Source: Iphione sp. A-MEVVRFRX5 | Taxonomy: Eukaryota | Direction: 5' to 3' | Length of the DNA stretch: 64,000 bases | NCBI GenBank assembly: GCA_976226885.1 | Contig: CDNGLT010000002.1 | Coordinates: 1,426,001-1,490,000 of the forward strand | Shown here: positions 22,689 through 33,452 of the stretch, one piece after another | Layout: each line of letters starts with the position of its first letter | Position numbering within the stretch: the stretch's first letter is position 1 | The notes under the pieces: generated by a model | Told to the model about the DNA's origin: nothing | Databases searched by the model: none | The model's input: the letters and a program-made list of their open reading frames with translations, nothing else | Made by a program: the position numbers and the translations under genes

Positions 22689-25600
22689 CTGCAACAGAGA
22701 AAAGAGCGTCAGATTAACCTTCAGGCGCACTCTTCTCCGTCACTGCAAGGCTTTGTAAAATTGATGTTACAGCTTGTAGGGAACTTAAAGCTTTTGTTAA
22801 ATGTTCAACAGGGGCTTTACTCAATGATTCCACTTGTTTAGGTTTCTTAATAGACTGCTCTCCAGTTTCAGCTCTATCCCTCTTATACCAAGGACCTTGC
22901 GACCAGAATTGACATGGTCATTTATACATTGGTGGCAATTCTGTCGGTAGAGTTTATTCTCTTTTTGCTGCAGCTCTAGAGCGATATCTAGGGGGTTCCC
23001 TTCACTCTACTCGTTCTGCCCCTTGTTGGCCGTTAGCCTCCGGTGCCTGGGGCGGAGTCGGATCCCGACCTCCCAATGCACCCTCTAATCCTTCATCCAG
23101 TTCCCCAAGAGGAGCTTCTGGTGGGTTGACTGGAGCGACGGCCTCCTCCCCAGCCTCGTACTGCTCTACTGCAGGGGCGATCGGCTAATCGCACAACACA
23201 TCTAACCCTTCACCACGATCCTCGGCCGCTGGATCGGGTCCCAATTCATCAGGTCCATGCACCTGATCTGGTGGATCAATGTTTACAGCAACAGGGCCCT
23301 CAACCCCGACCCATCCTTCTTCCTGTTGAAGATCAGGGTCTTCCTGCAGATCACGAACTTCGTGCTGCCGTTCTCTTCCGAATAATTGGGCTAAGGGGAT
23401 TTCATCTGCGGAAGAGAACCCATCGGACCCAACCGATGGTGCTGACAACTTCCATCCGAATCGGAAGATGTCCCATCTCCGGCTAATGCAACGCGCTGGC
23501 GCAGCCGTCCATCGCTTTGCTTTGGCACCCTCCAGTCCAGGTTAGCCAATCGCAAACGATCACTGTGGACTTTAGCCAGTTTCCCCGTCACCTGATCCTT
23601 TACAACAAAGTTGACAGGAGTAAGTTTTTCTACAATTCACCATAAGGCTGCCACCTAATATCCACCTTATGTCGTCTTAAGGGATTCTGCATATACACAG
23701 GATCACCTACCTCAAAAGACACTTCGGTGGCATGTTGATCGTGATATTTCTTCATCCGTTGCCAAGCCGCTGCAACATTTCTACATACCAGTGTCATAGC
23801 CTGATGATGCCGCTGTAGGGCCATCTTATGGTGCTCTTCCCCGTAATACCTTAAACGAGGTTGAAGTAAGGTGTCCAGAGGTAATATTGGGTCTCTCACA
23901 TGAAGAAGATAGAAGGGGGTATACTTTGTGGATTCATTAGTACTCATTCGTAACACCAACAAAGCAGAGGGTATAGCCTTCTCCCAATTTGCCATATCTC
24001 CTTGTGTCAACTTGCCCACAACGTCATGCCATACCCGGTGCATTCGCTCAACCTTCCCATTTCCAGCAGGATGATACGGGCTAGTGGTGATACGAGCTAC
24101 GAGTTGCCGACAGATCTCCTTCATAACCTCGTTCACAAATTCAGTCCCATTGTCGGATAACAATACTAATGGACACCCATGACGAGGTATTACGTCGTTC
24201 AAGAAGATCGTCACGACCGTCTGCGCCTGTTTATTTTTCATGGGGAACATCTCAGGCCACCCAGAATAGACGTCAATAAGAGTCAGGAGATACACATACC
24301 CAGCCTCAGATTCCTGGTACGGTCCACACGTGTCGACTGCCAATTTCTGAAATGGAAACGTAATACTTTCCATCTCTCAAAGAGGCCTTAGCTGTCTCTT
24401 CAGGGTACATGTGTTGCAAGGTACACATGCCCGGATATGAGCAACGACATCTCTAAATAAATTCTTCCAGTAGTATTGTGTACGCACTTGATCGTACGTT
24501 TTGTCAATCCCCATATGCCCCATTCGATCATGTTGCTGATCTAACACTACACTACGGAAAACCTTAGGTACTACTAATCACAAACAAGCTTCCGGACGCT
24601 CGCTCACATAGTACCACAACTGCTCCACTTTTATAAATTTAGGCCCCTCTTGGAGCTTTTGACACTCCAAGTCCTGAGCCTGGGCTTCTTCAATGCCCTC
24701 TGGATATCCTAGTTCCTGAGTCTGTAACATCTGCTTCCTCCGAGTCGGTACTGGAAGCGTTGTCATTCTCGCTCCATGCATCTGGCTCGGGCGTGGGGTC
24801 TCTCTGGGGCCCTGACCCACGTTCGAAGTGGTCTGATCGAGCGGAGCCAACTCATCCTCCCACTCTGGGGTGTTCACCTGCGGATCCGTGCGACCCGACC
24901 ACAAGTGGCTTAGAGCATCAGCTGGGATGTTATCCTGACTAGGGATATACTGCATTTCGCAATCGTACTCAGAAAGTTGCATAGCCCATCGCTGGACCTT
25001 AGCATTCTTCTGTTCCGATTTGAACAAGAACTTCAAAGGCTTATGGTCAGTACGAACAATAAATCAATGACCATACAGAAAAGTGTGGAACTTTCGGATA
25101 GCAGAGATTATCGCATAGCCCTCCTTTTCAATTATGGGCCATCTCTGTTGAGTCTCACTTAAGTGGTGCGACATATACTGGATTGGTTTCTCACTGTCAT
25201 CAAACTCTTGCACTAACACTGCTCCAATGCAAGCGTCGCTAGCATTGGTATACAGGATGAATTCCCTATCGAGCATAAGGAAGGCCAACAGCGGTGGATT
25301 AGTAAGTTTCATTTTTAGGGTGTCAAAGGCGAGTTGGCACTCCGCTGTCCATTGAAACTCTGCTCGCTTGCGAGTCATAGCAATCGTGGTTCTGCAATCT
25401 GGGCAAACGCTGGCACATACCTTCGATAGAAGCTGGCCATTCCGATGAAAGATCGGACGCCTTTCACGTCCATCGGTGGCTCCAAGTTGGAAATACTGGC
25501 CACTTTTCCTTCATCGGGTCGCACTCCATTGGGCGTGATTACGTGTCCCAGATATTGTAACTGTGGACAGAAGAAGTCGCACTTGCTGCGCTTCAATTTC

Positions 25601-26841
25601 AATCCCGCTTCACGCAGCCTATTAAACACCTTTTGTAAATGACATAGGTGCGTGGACTGGTCCAGCGACCAGACCAAAATGTCGTCAATATAGGCGGTCA
25701 TGAAGCTACCATTGATTCCATCCAGGACCTTAGCCACAAGTTCACAGAACACACTGGGAGCATTGCATAGACCAAAAGGCATCACATTGAATTCAAATAG
25801 TCCTGCATGACAAGCAAACGCAGTCTTGGGCCTGGAGGCCTCTTCCATTGGAACCTGGTGATAACCGCTACGAAGATCCAAGGTAGAGAAACATGTACTG
25901 CCCCCTAATTTTGCTAGTATATCGTCAATGCGTGGCAACGGCCAATTGAATTTTACCGTCACATCATTGACTCGGCGGTAATCTACGCAGAATCGCATCG
26001 TTCCGTCCTTCTTTTCTAGGAGGACGATGGGCGAAGCCCATGGACCACGACTCGTGTGAATGATTCCAGCATCTAACATGCCTTGGATCTTTTCCTCTAC
26101 CACTGTCTGCCGAGAAAGTGGAGTATGATATGGTTTCTGTGCAATGGGCTCATGGTTCCCAGTGTCGATTTCCATGGTAACTAGGTGCATACAGCCCAGC
26201 TCAATGTCCGATTCAGCAAATAAATCTTCGTTGAGTGCAAGCAACTCCTCTAAGGAGAGCACTGCTGACCTTATTTCTCGTGGAGCTGGTTGTTGTTCGG
26301 ATTGGAGCAATCCCAATTCAAGGCACCTTTCGTCCACCAAGAGTTCGACCTCGGCAATCACATTGCCCTCTCTTAACATCAGGGTTCGAGTGGTCGTGTT
26401 TACGATCAACACCGGCACCTTGTCTGACACCACCTATGTCAGGCAGCTCTTCCACCAGATAACTCTGTTTAGAACCTTTCACTATCATAGCGGTTGGTGC
26501 ATCGGAAGAAGGCTCTTCCTTCCTTCTCCTCCTTCCGTAAACTACTGCGGTTGTTCCCAGAGGCAAGACAGTGTCAGCCTCAGCCCGTACAATGGCATCG
26601 AGCTGTTGCTCTCCAAGCATGGGGATTAACAGCGAGCCACATCGCACCATCCCTTCATCGGGTAACAACCCCAGCCAGCACAGAAACGTTGTAAAAACGT
26701 TGTAAAAACATTGTATAAAACGTTCTCAAAACGTTGTAAATGAAAGTTTGCATAATGTTTTCCTAACTAGATTACAAAACGTTTTTAGAACGTTTTCTAA
26801 AAACGTTTTTAGAACATTTTTTGAAAAAAAAGTGTGATAGA

Positions 26842-26918
26842 TTGGAGCAGGATTTGAACCTGGGTACTTGCAACTTCCATCGTAAGGCTGGCACTCCTAT
26901 CCACTGCTCCACAGAGGC
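26842..26918 (-). ncRNA. tRNA-derived Pol III-like unit (SINE-head-like) inside the MITE
   Basis: A-box-like TGGAGCAGTGG, B-box GGTTCAAATCC, downstream T-run; acceptor stem does not pair. Confidence 0.55.
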
Positions 26919-26927
26919 TGTACAAAG

Positions 26928-27450
26928 GAGGTCCCCCCACACCTTGGCAGGTTCTCCCCAGGCCTTGGCCGACCCCATGTCATGCTCAGAGGTCCCCCAT
27001 ACCTCGTCAGGTTCTCCCTCAGCCTTGACCATCCTCCTGTTGTGCTCAGAGGTCCCCCACACCTCGTCACATGTTCCTCCAGCCTTGCCCGTCCTCCTGT
27101 CACGCTCAGATGTCCCCCACACCTCGGTACATGTTCCTCCAGCCTTGCCCGTCCTCCTGTCACGCTCAGAGGTCCCCCACACCTCGTCAGGTACTCCTCG
27201 AGCCTTGGCCATCCTCCTGTCGCACGCAGAGGTCCCCCAAACCTCGTCAGGTACTCCTCGAGCCTTGGCCATCCTCCTGTCGCGCTCAGAGGTTCCCCAC
27301 ACTCTGCCAGGATCTCCCTCAACCTTGCCAATCCTCCTGTCATGCGCAGAGGTCCCTCACACCCCGTCAGGTTCTCCCCCATCCTTGATCGTCCTCCTGT
27401 GTTGCTCAGAGGTCTCCCACACCCTTGTCAGGTTTTTCCCCAGCCTTGGT
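26928..27450. repeat. 60-bp tandem repeat, ~8.5 copies, inside the MITE
   Basis: Unit ~acctcgtcaggttctccctcagccttgaccatcctcctgttgtgctcagaggtcccccac at 60-bp period. Confidence 0.92.
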
Positions 27451-27944
27451 CATTCTTAAAATGTTGTAAAATGGTTGCAAACATTCTAACTAAATAAAAA
27501 CGTTCTTAAAATGTTGTAAAAAGGTTGCAAACGTTCTAACCAACTAAAAACGTTCTTAAAACATTGTAAAATGGTTGCAAACATTCTAACCAAATAAAAA
27601 CGTTATAAAACGTTTTTAAAACGTTGTGTGCTGGCTGGGACTGCATAGGATGTTGACTGAGCCAGTCCCATCCCAAAATAAAAGTATGTCGAGGACTCCT
27701 CATAACTCTGAACTCTGTGGAGAATCGTTTTCCCAGCACAGAAAACTCGATAAGAGTCGTGCCTGTTTGTCTTAGCTCTCCCCCATCCACTCCCCGTATG
27801 GCAGTGGCTGATGGACCTACTTGATCGGCTAAATTTCTCTTTTCCAGGCTCCGATAAATATCTTCCCTTACTACTGACACATCTACCCCAGTGTCTAGCA
27901 GAGCGCGAAACCCATAAGGGCCTACTTTAATTTTTATTGTTGGC

Positions 27945-28931
27945 CTATCCATCATCCTGTGTCACTTGGTTCACCTGATTGGAAGTAGTTTTGTCCGGAC
28001 ACTGGGACTGGTAATGTCCGAATTTCTTGCAGCCATAACATTGGACCTTCTTAATCACCTTTTGTAACGGCTGCTGAGGGGCACCCTCCTTTTGTCCCTT
28101 CAACTTAGCCTTGGCTGCATAACAGTTCTTTGCCATGTGCCCTTGTTTACCACAACAGTGACAACTGCCTTGGAAGCGTTTTCTTCCTGCATCGATGGCA
28201 TCAACCTCCATGGGTGTATGTTCACAACGCCCCCTCAGAGAAATGTGTCTTAACACCTCCCTTAACACCTCACCTCCCGCACATGTTACTGCAGCCACAA
28301 AATCGGCTGGTCCCTCCCGGATAATCTTCCTTGCTACCTTAGGGTTCTTTACCCCATCTGTGAAAAACTCTACTAGTTGTTGCTGCACCGCTGCTTGCCG
28401 CATTTCTTCGGCGGTGAAAGCATCACGTGCTAAATCGAGTAATCATTCCGAATAAACGTAAATAGTTTCGTCAGATTTCTGCTTGCATTTCCGCAAAAGT
28501 CCCTTAGCATGTACTGGGTCAATTACCTTCCCAAACCTTTGTGACAATTGTTCCTTAAACTCTTCCCATTCTATAGGGGTTAGAACTGGTTCCGGGGCAC
28601 CAGGGTCCTATCCCCTCAATCGGTTGTCTTGTTCTTCAATATATCGGATAACATAATCCGCCACAGGCCCCTCTGCGGTTAACTGGGCCAAACGTTGCTT
28701 AAAACGCATGGCTGCATTAGGTTGTACCACACAGGCTATGGTGGCATGTTCAATGGCCTTCATCCATGGCTTAAAACTCTTTGGCTTTCCATCGAAACTA
28801 GGTAGTGATTGTTTAGCGCCTTGTATACTCAAATCTTCTGTTACCTTAGCTAAATGTTGATCTATTCCCTGAAAAGCCTGTTGAAGGTTCGGCCCGACTT
28901 CCATCTGACCTGGGTCCTGAGGTTCCGCCAT
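27945..28931 (-). pseudogene. gag: gag of element C with two CCHC knuckles
   Basis: FDGKPKSFKPWMKAIE; CHCCGKQGHMAKNC and CYGCKKFGHYQSQC; stop at 28608. Confidence 0.88.
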
Positions 28932-28951
28932 GTGGGACCTTTATTTTAACC

Positions 28952-29131
28952 CTACGGTAAAGCATATGGTCCTGTCTCCTTTCCCACCAAGACCAATTCC
29001 GGAGTCCCACAGCCAGGGATTAATTTGCAAGCTAGGTAGCTTAAGACTCCCATCAATATAGCCACAATTAACAGCATCATGATGATATACACAACCGAAC
29101 GTGAATCAAATTCAAAGGTGGTGAAATCCAT
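28952..29131 (-). CDS. Small single-TM ORF upstream of C gag
   Basis: MDFTT..VVYIIMMLLIVAILMGVLSYLACKL; short, coding status unproven. Confidence 0.45.
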   Translation of the reverse strand: MDFTTFEFDSRSVVYIIMMLLIVAILMGVLSYLACKLIPGCGTPELVLVGKETGPYALP

Positions 29132-29199
29132 GGTCAACCCTGGGCAATTTACCCTAACCCTACCCACTGGGTCTAATTACGGTTTGGCAGAAAAGCTCT

Positions 29200-30020
29200 C
29201 AGAAACTCCGCTCACCTTTCTGCTTCATGGCTGCACGATGTTCTGCTGACCACTGGTGCGATGTAATTCACCCCGTCAGCATCAGACCCGGGGTTTGCAG
29301 CTCCGGCGGTATCGGCACGCCCCTTCCGATCCCCACGCACCACCACAGACATGCCTCTTCATGGGGTATCTGGCCTGCACGGACTGCTTGCAGGAAGCGT
29401 TGCTTCTTCTCATCCACGCGCCTCTCCTTTTCCCGTGCCTCGCGTTAAGTCTCAATGGTGTACCTCAGGTCGTCTGACGGCAGCGCCTCGCTCGGGTTCG
29501 CCATCCTGTCTAGAGCGACAGGGGGTAGCTGCGGGTACCTGAGTCCCTCACGTTCCTCCTCAGTGACCGTCACGGCTAACCGGCCCCGGCTAGGGTTGGG
29601 GGACACTTGCCTAGTGCCCGCATGTGCTGCATGGATGGAGGATCGCAACACCTGTTGTTCTCTCTCCCTTTCAAGCTGTTCAGAGAAGGTCAGCGTTGAC
29701 AGGTCTAACGGTTCTACTGGTTTGAGGGACGTTCCTCGCGGCAAGTCCCACTCCACGACGTGTCGAGGCAGCAACAGCTCCCTAAAGATGAAGAGGGATT
29801 TTGCGGGTCGTCCCAAGACACCACTGATGTATCTTGGTCTGCTCCGTCGGCCTTGGAAGCGCGAGCTTAACGGTCTTCGTCTTTCTACGAAGTACGATGA
29901 ATACACAACATGTCGGTTTGCTGCTTCTGCCACCTCACAGACGAAGGGCGGTTGTTCTAGCGCCCACATGAAGTTTTCTTCAGGGTTGGCTACTGCATTA
30001 TCGCGGCTGATCCTGGTCAC
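29200..30020 (-). pseudogene. Extra 5' ORF (ORF0) of element C, unknown function
   Basis: 191-aa frame starting at the PBS continues past TAA 29445 as REAREKERRVDEKKQRFLQ..CLWWC; 3' end approximate. Confidence 0.5.
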
Positions 30021-30027
30021 GGCACCA
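30010..30027 (-). other. Primer-binding site of C, complementary to tRNA-His 3' end
   Basis: TGGTGCCGTGACCAGGAT versus TGGTGCCGTGACTCGGAT expected from the vertebrate tRNA-His(GUG) sequence as I recall it; 11 nt from the LTR. Confidence 0.8.
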
Positions 30028-30038
30028 AAAGAGATGGG

Positions 30039-30607
30039 TGTAGCACAAAAGCAAACACCGCTAGTCAGGTTCGAGTCAGCCTTTATTCTTCTTCAGCAGT
30101 GATACAGCAACCGTCATCGTCAACAGCAACTGGGGCGAGTCCGAATAACCCTTTGGACTGCCAAACATATATACCCAACTGGACCGGATGCGGTCGTTTA
30201 TTACAAGTCGTTCTCTCAATGGGTCGTTAAAGTTTTACACACTTGACATCATTGACACTTTTGTCCAGGGTCGCGCTCAGGCACCGGATACAACACTTAT
30301 CTTGTTATGGCGCCGCGACACCATGTGAACTAAGTAGACTTTTAATGGTTTGGATTTCAATTACTTTCACAGCCCATAGGAATAATTGCAAAGCGCACGA
30401 AAGACGTCACAAACAAATTTTTCACTCAGTACTTATAGTTACTTCACATAAGGCTTTTACTTGTATTCTGTATATCTGTACACTATACATACGTTGCAAT
30501 GTTCCATACTCATGCTGTACGATTAGCCATATACATTTTATTTCCCAATACATCTATAAGGCAGAGTCTTGTCTTGATACGGTACCATATAACACCACTG
30601 TGTTACA
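30039..30607 (-). repeat. 5' LTR of element C (569 bp)
   Basis: TGTAACAC...GTGCTACA on the minus strand; pairs with 18873-19444. Confidence 0.96.
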
Positions 30608-30611
30608 GGAT

Positions 30612-32598
30612 GCTGGAGAATTTTTAAGACCCATAGGCATAGTTTTGTAGCGGTATTTTCCTGAAGGGGTGAGGAAGGCTGTCTTATCCCTGTCTTCATC
30701 ATGAATAGGGATTTGATGGAAGCCCATGTCTAAGTCCATCATGGAAAGAAATTTAGGTTTGGTGTGCCCAATTGCGTCTATAGTATCATCTACGCTGGGG
30801 ATAGTAAACACCTGTGTGACTGTTTGTGTATTTAGATTTCTATAGTCAACTACTAATCTGAATTTTCCATTAGGTTTTGGCACCAGAAAGGCTGGGCTAG
30901 CCCATGGGCCGTCCCCTGCTCTTTCCAGTATATCTTTTTCTTCCTGATCTGCTACTATTTTGTCAAGTTCCTCCCTCATTCGGGGGGACATGCGGAAGGG
31001 CTGTGCCTGTGTTGGAGAGTGGTCTGGCTTCAATTCAATCCTATGTTCTACTAAATGGGTCCTTCCTATGTCTCCTTGTAAGACAAATGCTTCTCTCTTG
31101 GATAAGAGGAGATTGTGACAAATTGCCTTTTGTTCATGAGTAAAATTGGAATTAGATAGGTCAACTGGTATATTCAAAGAATTGGTGTTGAGGGAATTTA
31201 TTTGTGTCTGTGCAGGTGTGATGTTTGTGTAGGGGTTTCCCTTTGTAAAAGTTCCTACTCGAAGTCCTTTCTTTCGCTGTTCTGGGTGAGAGGAGTAATT
31301 TAAAATAGAAATAGGGATACGGTTGTCTACAACTTTCACAATAGCTTCCTTATTAGTTCTAAAGCTCCGAGGGGTACATGACAAAGTGTCTGTATACAGG
31401 CCTTCGTAGGAGTCTAAGGAATCCCCCTTCCAAAGGATTTGCCCCAACAAGAGGGTTTCTGTGCCAGGTTGAAGAAGAGTATCCTCAGGAAGGGCAACAG
31501 AGTATTGGGTAGGGGATTTCAGGCCAAAGGAGAGGTTCATGGAAAATTGATGCAAAAATGATTGACCTAGGATGATGTCATAGGAAAGTCCAGGAACCAC
31601 ATGTAGGGAAACAGGGTAGGTACTATCATCTATGGGGATTGGCAGGTGAACTGTCCAGGGAGATCGGGAAACCATCCCATTTGCCATAACACATTCTGTT
31701 TTAGAGGGGAAAAGGCGTATGAGGGCCCCACCATTCTTTAACTGGTTAAGGGCTTTTAGGCTCATACAGCAACCTTCTGCTCCTGTGTCTACAAGGGCTG
31801 TTAACACAAGGCCTTCTATAGGGATTTCAGTAGTGCTATTGCCCGTCAATGAATGAGGAAATCAACTCCCCATCCCCAGCAGTAGTTTTACTCATTCTAG
31901 ATAAAAGGATCTCTTGGTTAGGTATATGCCGTGAATTGGCAACAATAGAAAAAATTTCTTTTGTTTTTGGAAGAAAGTTAAAGTCCATATAGAGCTGGTG
32001 ATGTTCTATTTCTTCAGGGAGGATCCAATGTTCACCATGCAGAGGACAGGCAGGCACCCTATTACATCTAGGTTTAAGTGTTTCTCTATTGATTTCCCTA
32101 CTCCAGTATGAGACCTGTCTGGTTACACATGCTTCTAAGGTTCCACAGTCTGGAACATCACAGGTACCGTTCTGGTGTTCTAATATTCTCTAAACTATTA
32201 ATACATAAGCCATCAACAATTGCACAATCACATTTCATTTGGATAGATAAATCAGGCTTAAGCTCAGAAATGCATATACATCGGTTAGGACAATGAGTAC
32301 CTCTATGACCATTGTGGACTTCTACAGTGTAGTCCACAGTCTTAGCTTGAGTCTTTTTCTGGGAAGGCTTCCCTGGGCAGAGAGGATGTGATTTCAGCAT
32401 TGTATACACAAGGTTCTTAACCCAACCCAAGTTTTCCTCAGGTAGATGAGGGTAAGGTTTAGATAAGATTATACACAAAAATCTCTTCCCTGGTTCAGGT
32501 GAACCAGAGTCCTTAAAGTTTATTTTGGTCCCTTTGTCTGTACGGGATGTCAGTGACTCCCAATACTTGGGTGATTTGGGAGTCTGGTCTAGTTTCCC
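30612..32598 (-). pseudogene. pol: pol of A, 5' part: Cys-rich domain, protease, RT N-half
   Basis: CPNRCIC..KCDCAIVDGLC..CPLHGEH; LVDTGAEG; WASPAFLVPKPNGKFRLVVDYR..MPMGLKNSPAS. Confidence 0.92.
32555..32598 (-). promoter_or_regulatory. Putative -1 ribosomal frameshift signal, A gag/pol
   Basis: G GGA AAC TAG (32598-32589), 7-nt spacer, 9-bp stem GACTCCCAA/TTGGGAGTC; the -1 frame reads GKLDQTPKSPKYWES into pol. Confidence 0.8.
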
Positions 32599-33452
32599 AG
32601 GTGGGGGAAATTGGCCCCACTGTAGCGCTCATGGTCCCCACGGGTCCGTTCTATCGGACGGATTCTGGGGACGCCTTTATCTTCCCATGTCTGTGGGGGG
32701 GGGGACGTCTCAGTGGTTGAGGGGAGGTGGACTGGTAGGGCTGGGATTGAGGGCCCCTACGAGGAGGGTGATACTCTTGCTGACTGCTTTGGGAATATTG
32801 GGGCCTTCTCCCCCGTGGTCCTCTCCCTCTTTCAGAGTGTTGTGGAGGAGGGCGGGCACGTTCTTCCATGTCCCGTCTCTTGGTGCAACATTCCCTAGCA
32901 TAATGTCCCCTTTTCTGGCAATAATAGCAGGTTAGGTTGGAATCAGGAGGTAAAGGTTCTGACACTGGTTGGGTTATGTTGGGTGGGGGACGGGTGGTAC
33001 CCCCAATTGTCCTCAATGTAACTGCTGCTATCTTACTGGGGAGCTCTTTCATTAGTTCCCTTTTAAGGGCATCTACTACTGCCTCCATTTTCGAGATCCT
33101 TTACGGAACCCTCCCTGGGCATGCCATGCTTCTCTGGCATCCTTAACCGCCTTATCAAAAGAGGGGACTGTCCGCACCTTCATAGTTTCCCTTAGTTCTG
33201 GGAGTATATTTTCCATAAAAATTCTTCCTGCCATTTCATCACTATCGCGCCCTGCAGCCATACACACTTTCATGAGCCTATCTGCAAACTCACAGGGATG
33301 TTCATCTGGTCTCTGTTTAGTGACACGAAGCCTATCACCTAGTTCTACTGGGGGCGGTCCCTTTTGCTCTATCAAAAATTTCCTTAGCTCATCCCAAGTG
33401 GGGTGGGGCTCTATATAGAGGTGGGCAGTGCGGGGTAGGAAGGTTCATGCCT
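32589..33452 (-). pseudogene. gag: gag of A, C-terminal part
   Basis: TFLPRT..TWDELRKFL..KQRPDEHPCEFADRL; CYYCQKRGHYAREC; aligns with B gag. Confidence 0.88.

Larger units (their letters stand above)
26670..27639. mobile_element. Non-autonomous CACTA/EnSpm(CMC)-like MITE, 970 bp
   Basis: TIR CCCAGCCAGCACA / TGTGCTGGCTGGG, AC TSD (26668-26669, 27640-27641), subterminal aaacgtt repeats. Removal restores HPMQ|LLPDEG. CCCAG fits the CMCWR terminus. Confidence 0.85.
23185..27955 (-). pseudogene. pol: pol of element C (PR interrupted by MITE, RT, RNase H, IN, acidic extension)
   Basis: LLDTG; WASPIVL..FCVDYR..LDLRSGYHQ..MPFGL..YIDD; NASDACIG..EKEGY; VDTCGP..SDNG..KVERMH. Multiple frameshifts and stops. 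Confidence 0.93.
18873..30607 (-). mobile_element. Element C: complete env-bearing Ty3/gypsy LTR retrotransposon inserted in RT of A
   Basis: Paired LTRs, TG..CA ends, GGAT TSD (18869-18872 and 30608-30611), PBS, PPT, gag-PR-RT-RH-IN-env. Removing it rejoins GLKNSPAS|FQSVV. Confidence 0.96.

Noticed and set aside
26842-26918. Functional tRNA gene
   Set aside because: The acceptor stem does not pair and no clean anticodon arm is evident; kept only as tRNA-derived.
26772-27497. Several 100-212-aa ORFs on both strands, and a possible CRISPR-like array
   Set aside because: All arise from a 60-bp tandem repeat in a MITE; there are no unique spacers or cas genes, and the context is eukaryotic.
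29455-30102. 215-aa plus-strand ORF and similar antisense ORFs over pol/gag regions
   Set aside because: Antisense shadows of coding sequence with no independent motif or start context.
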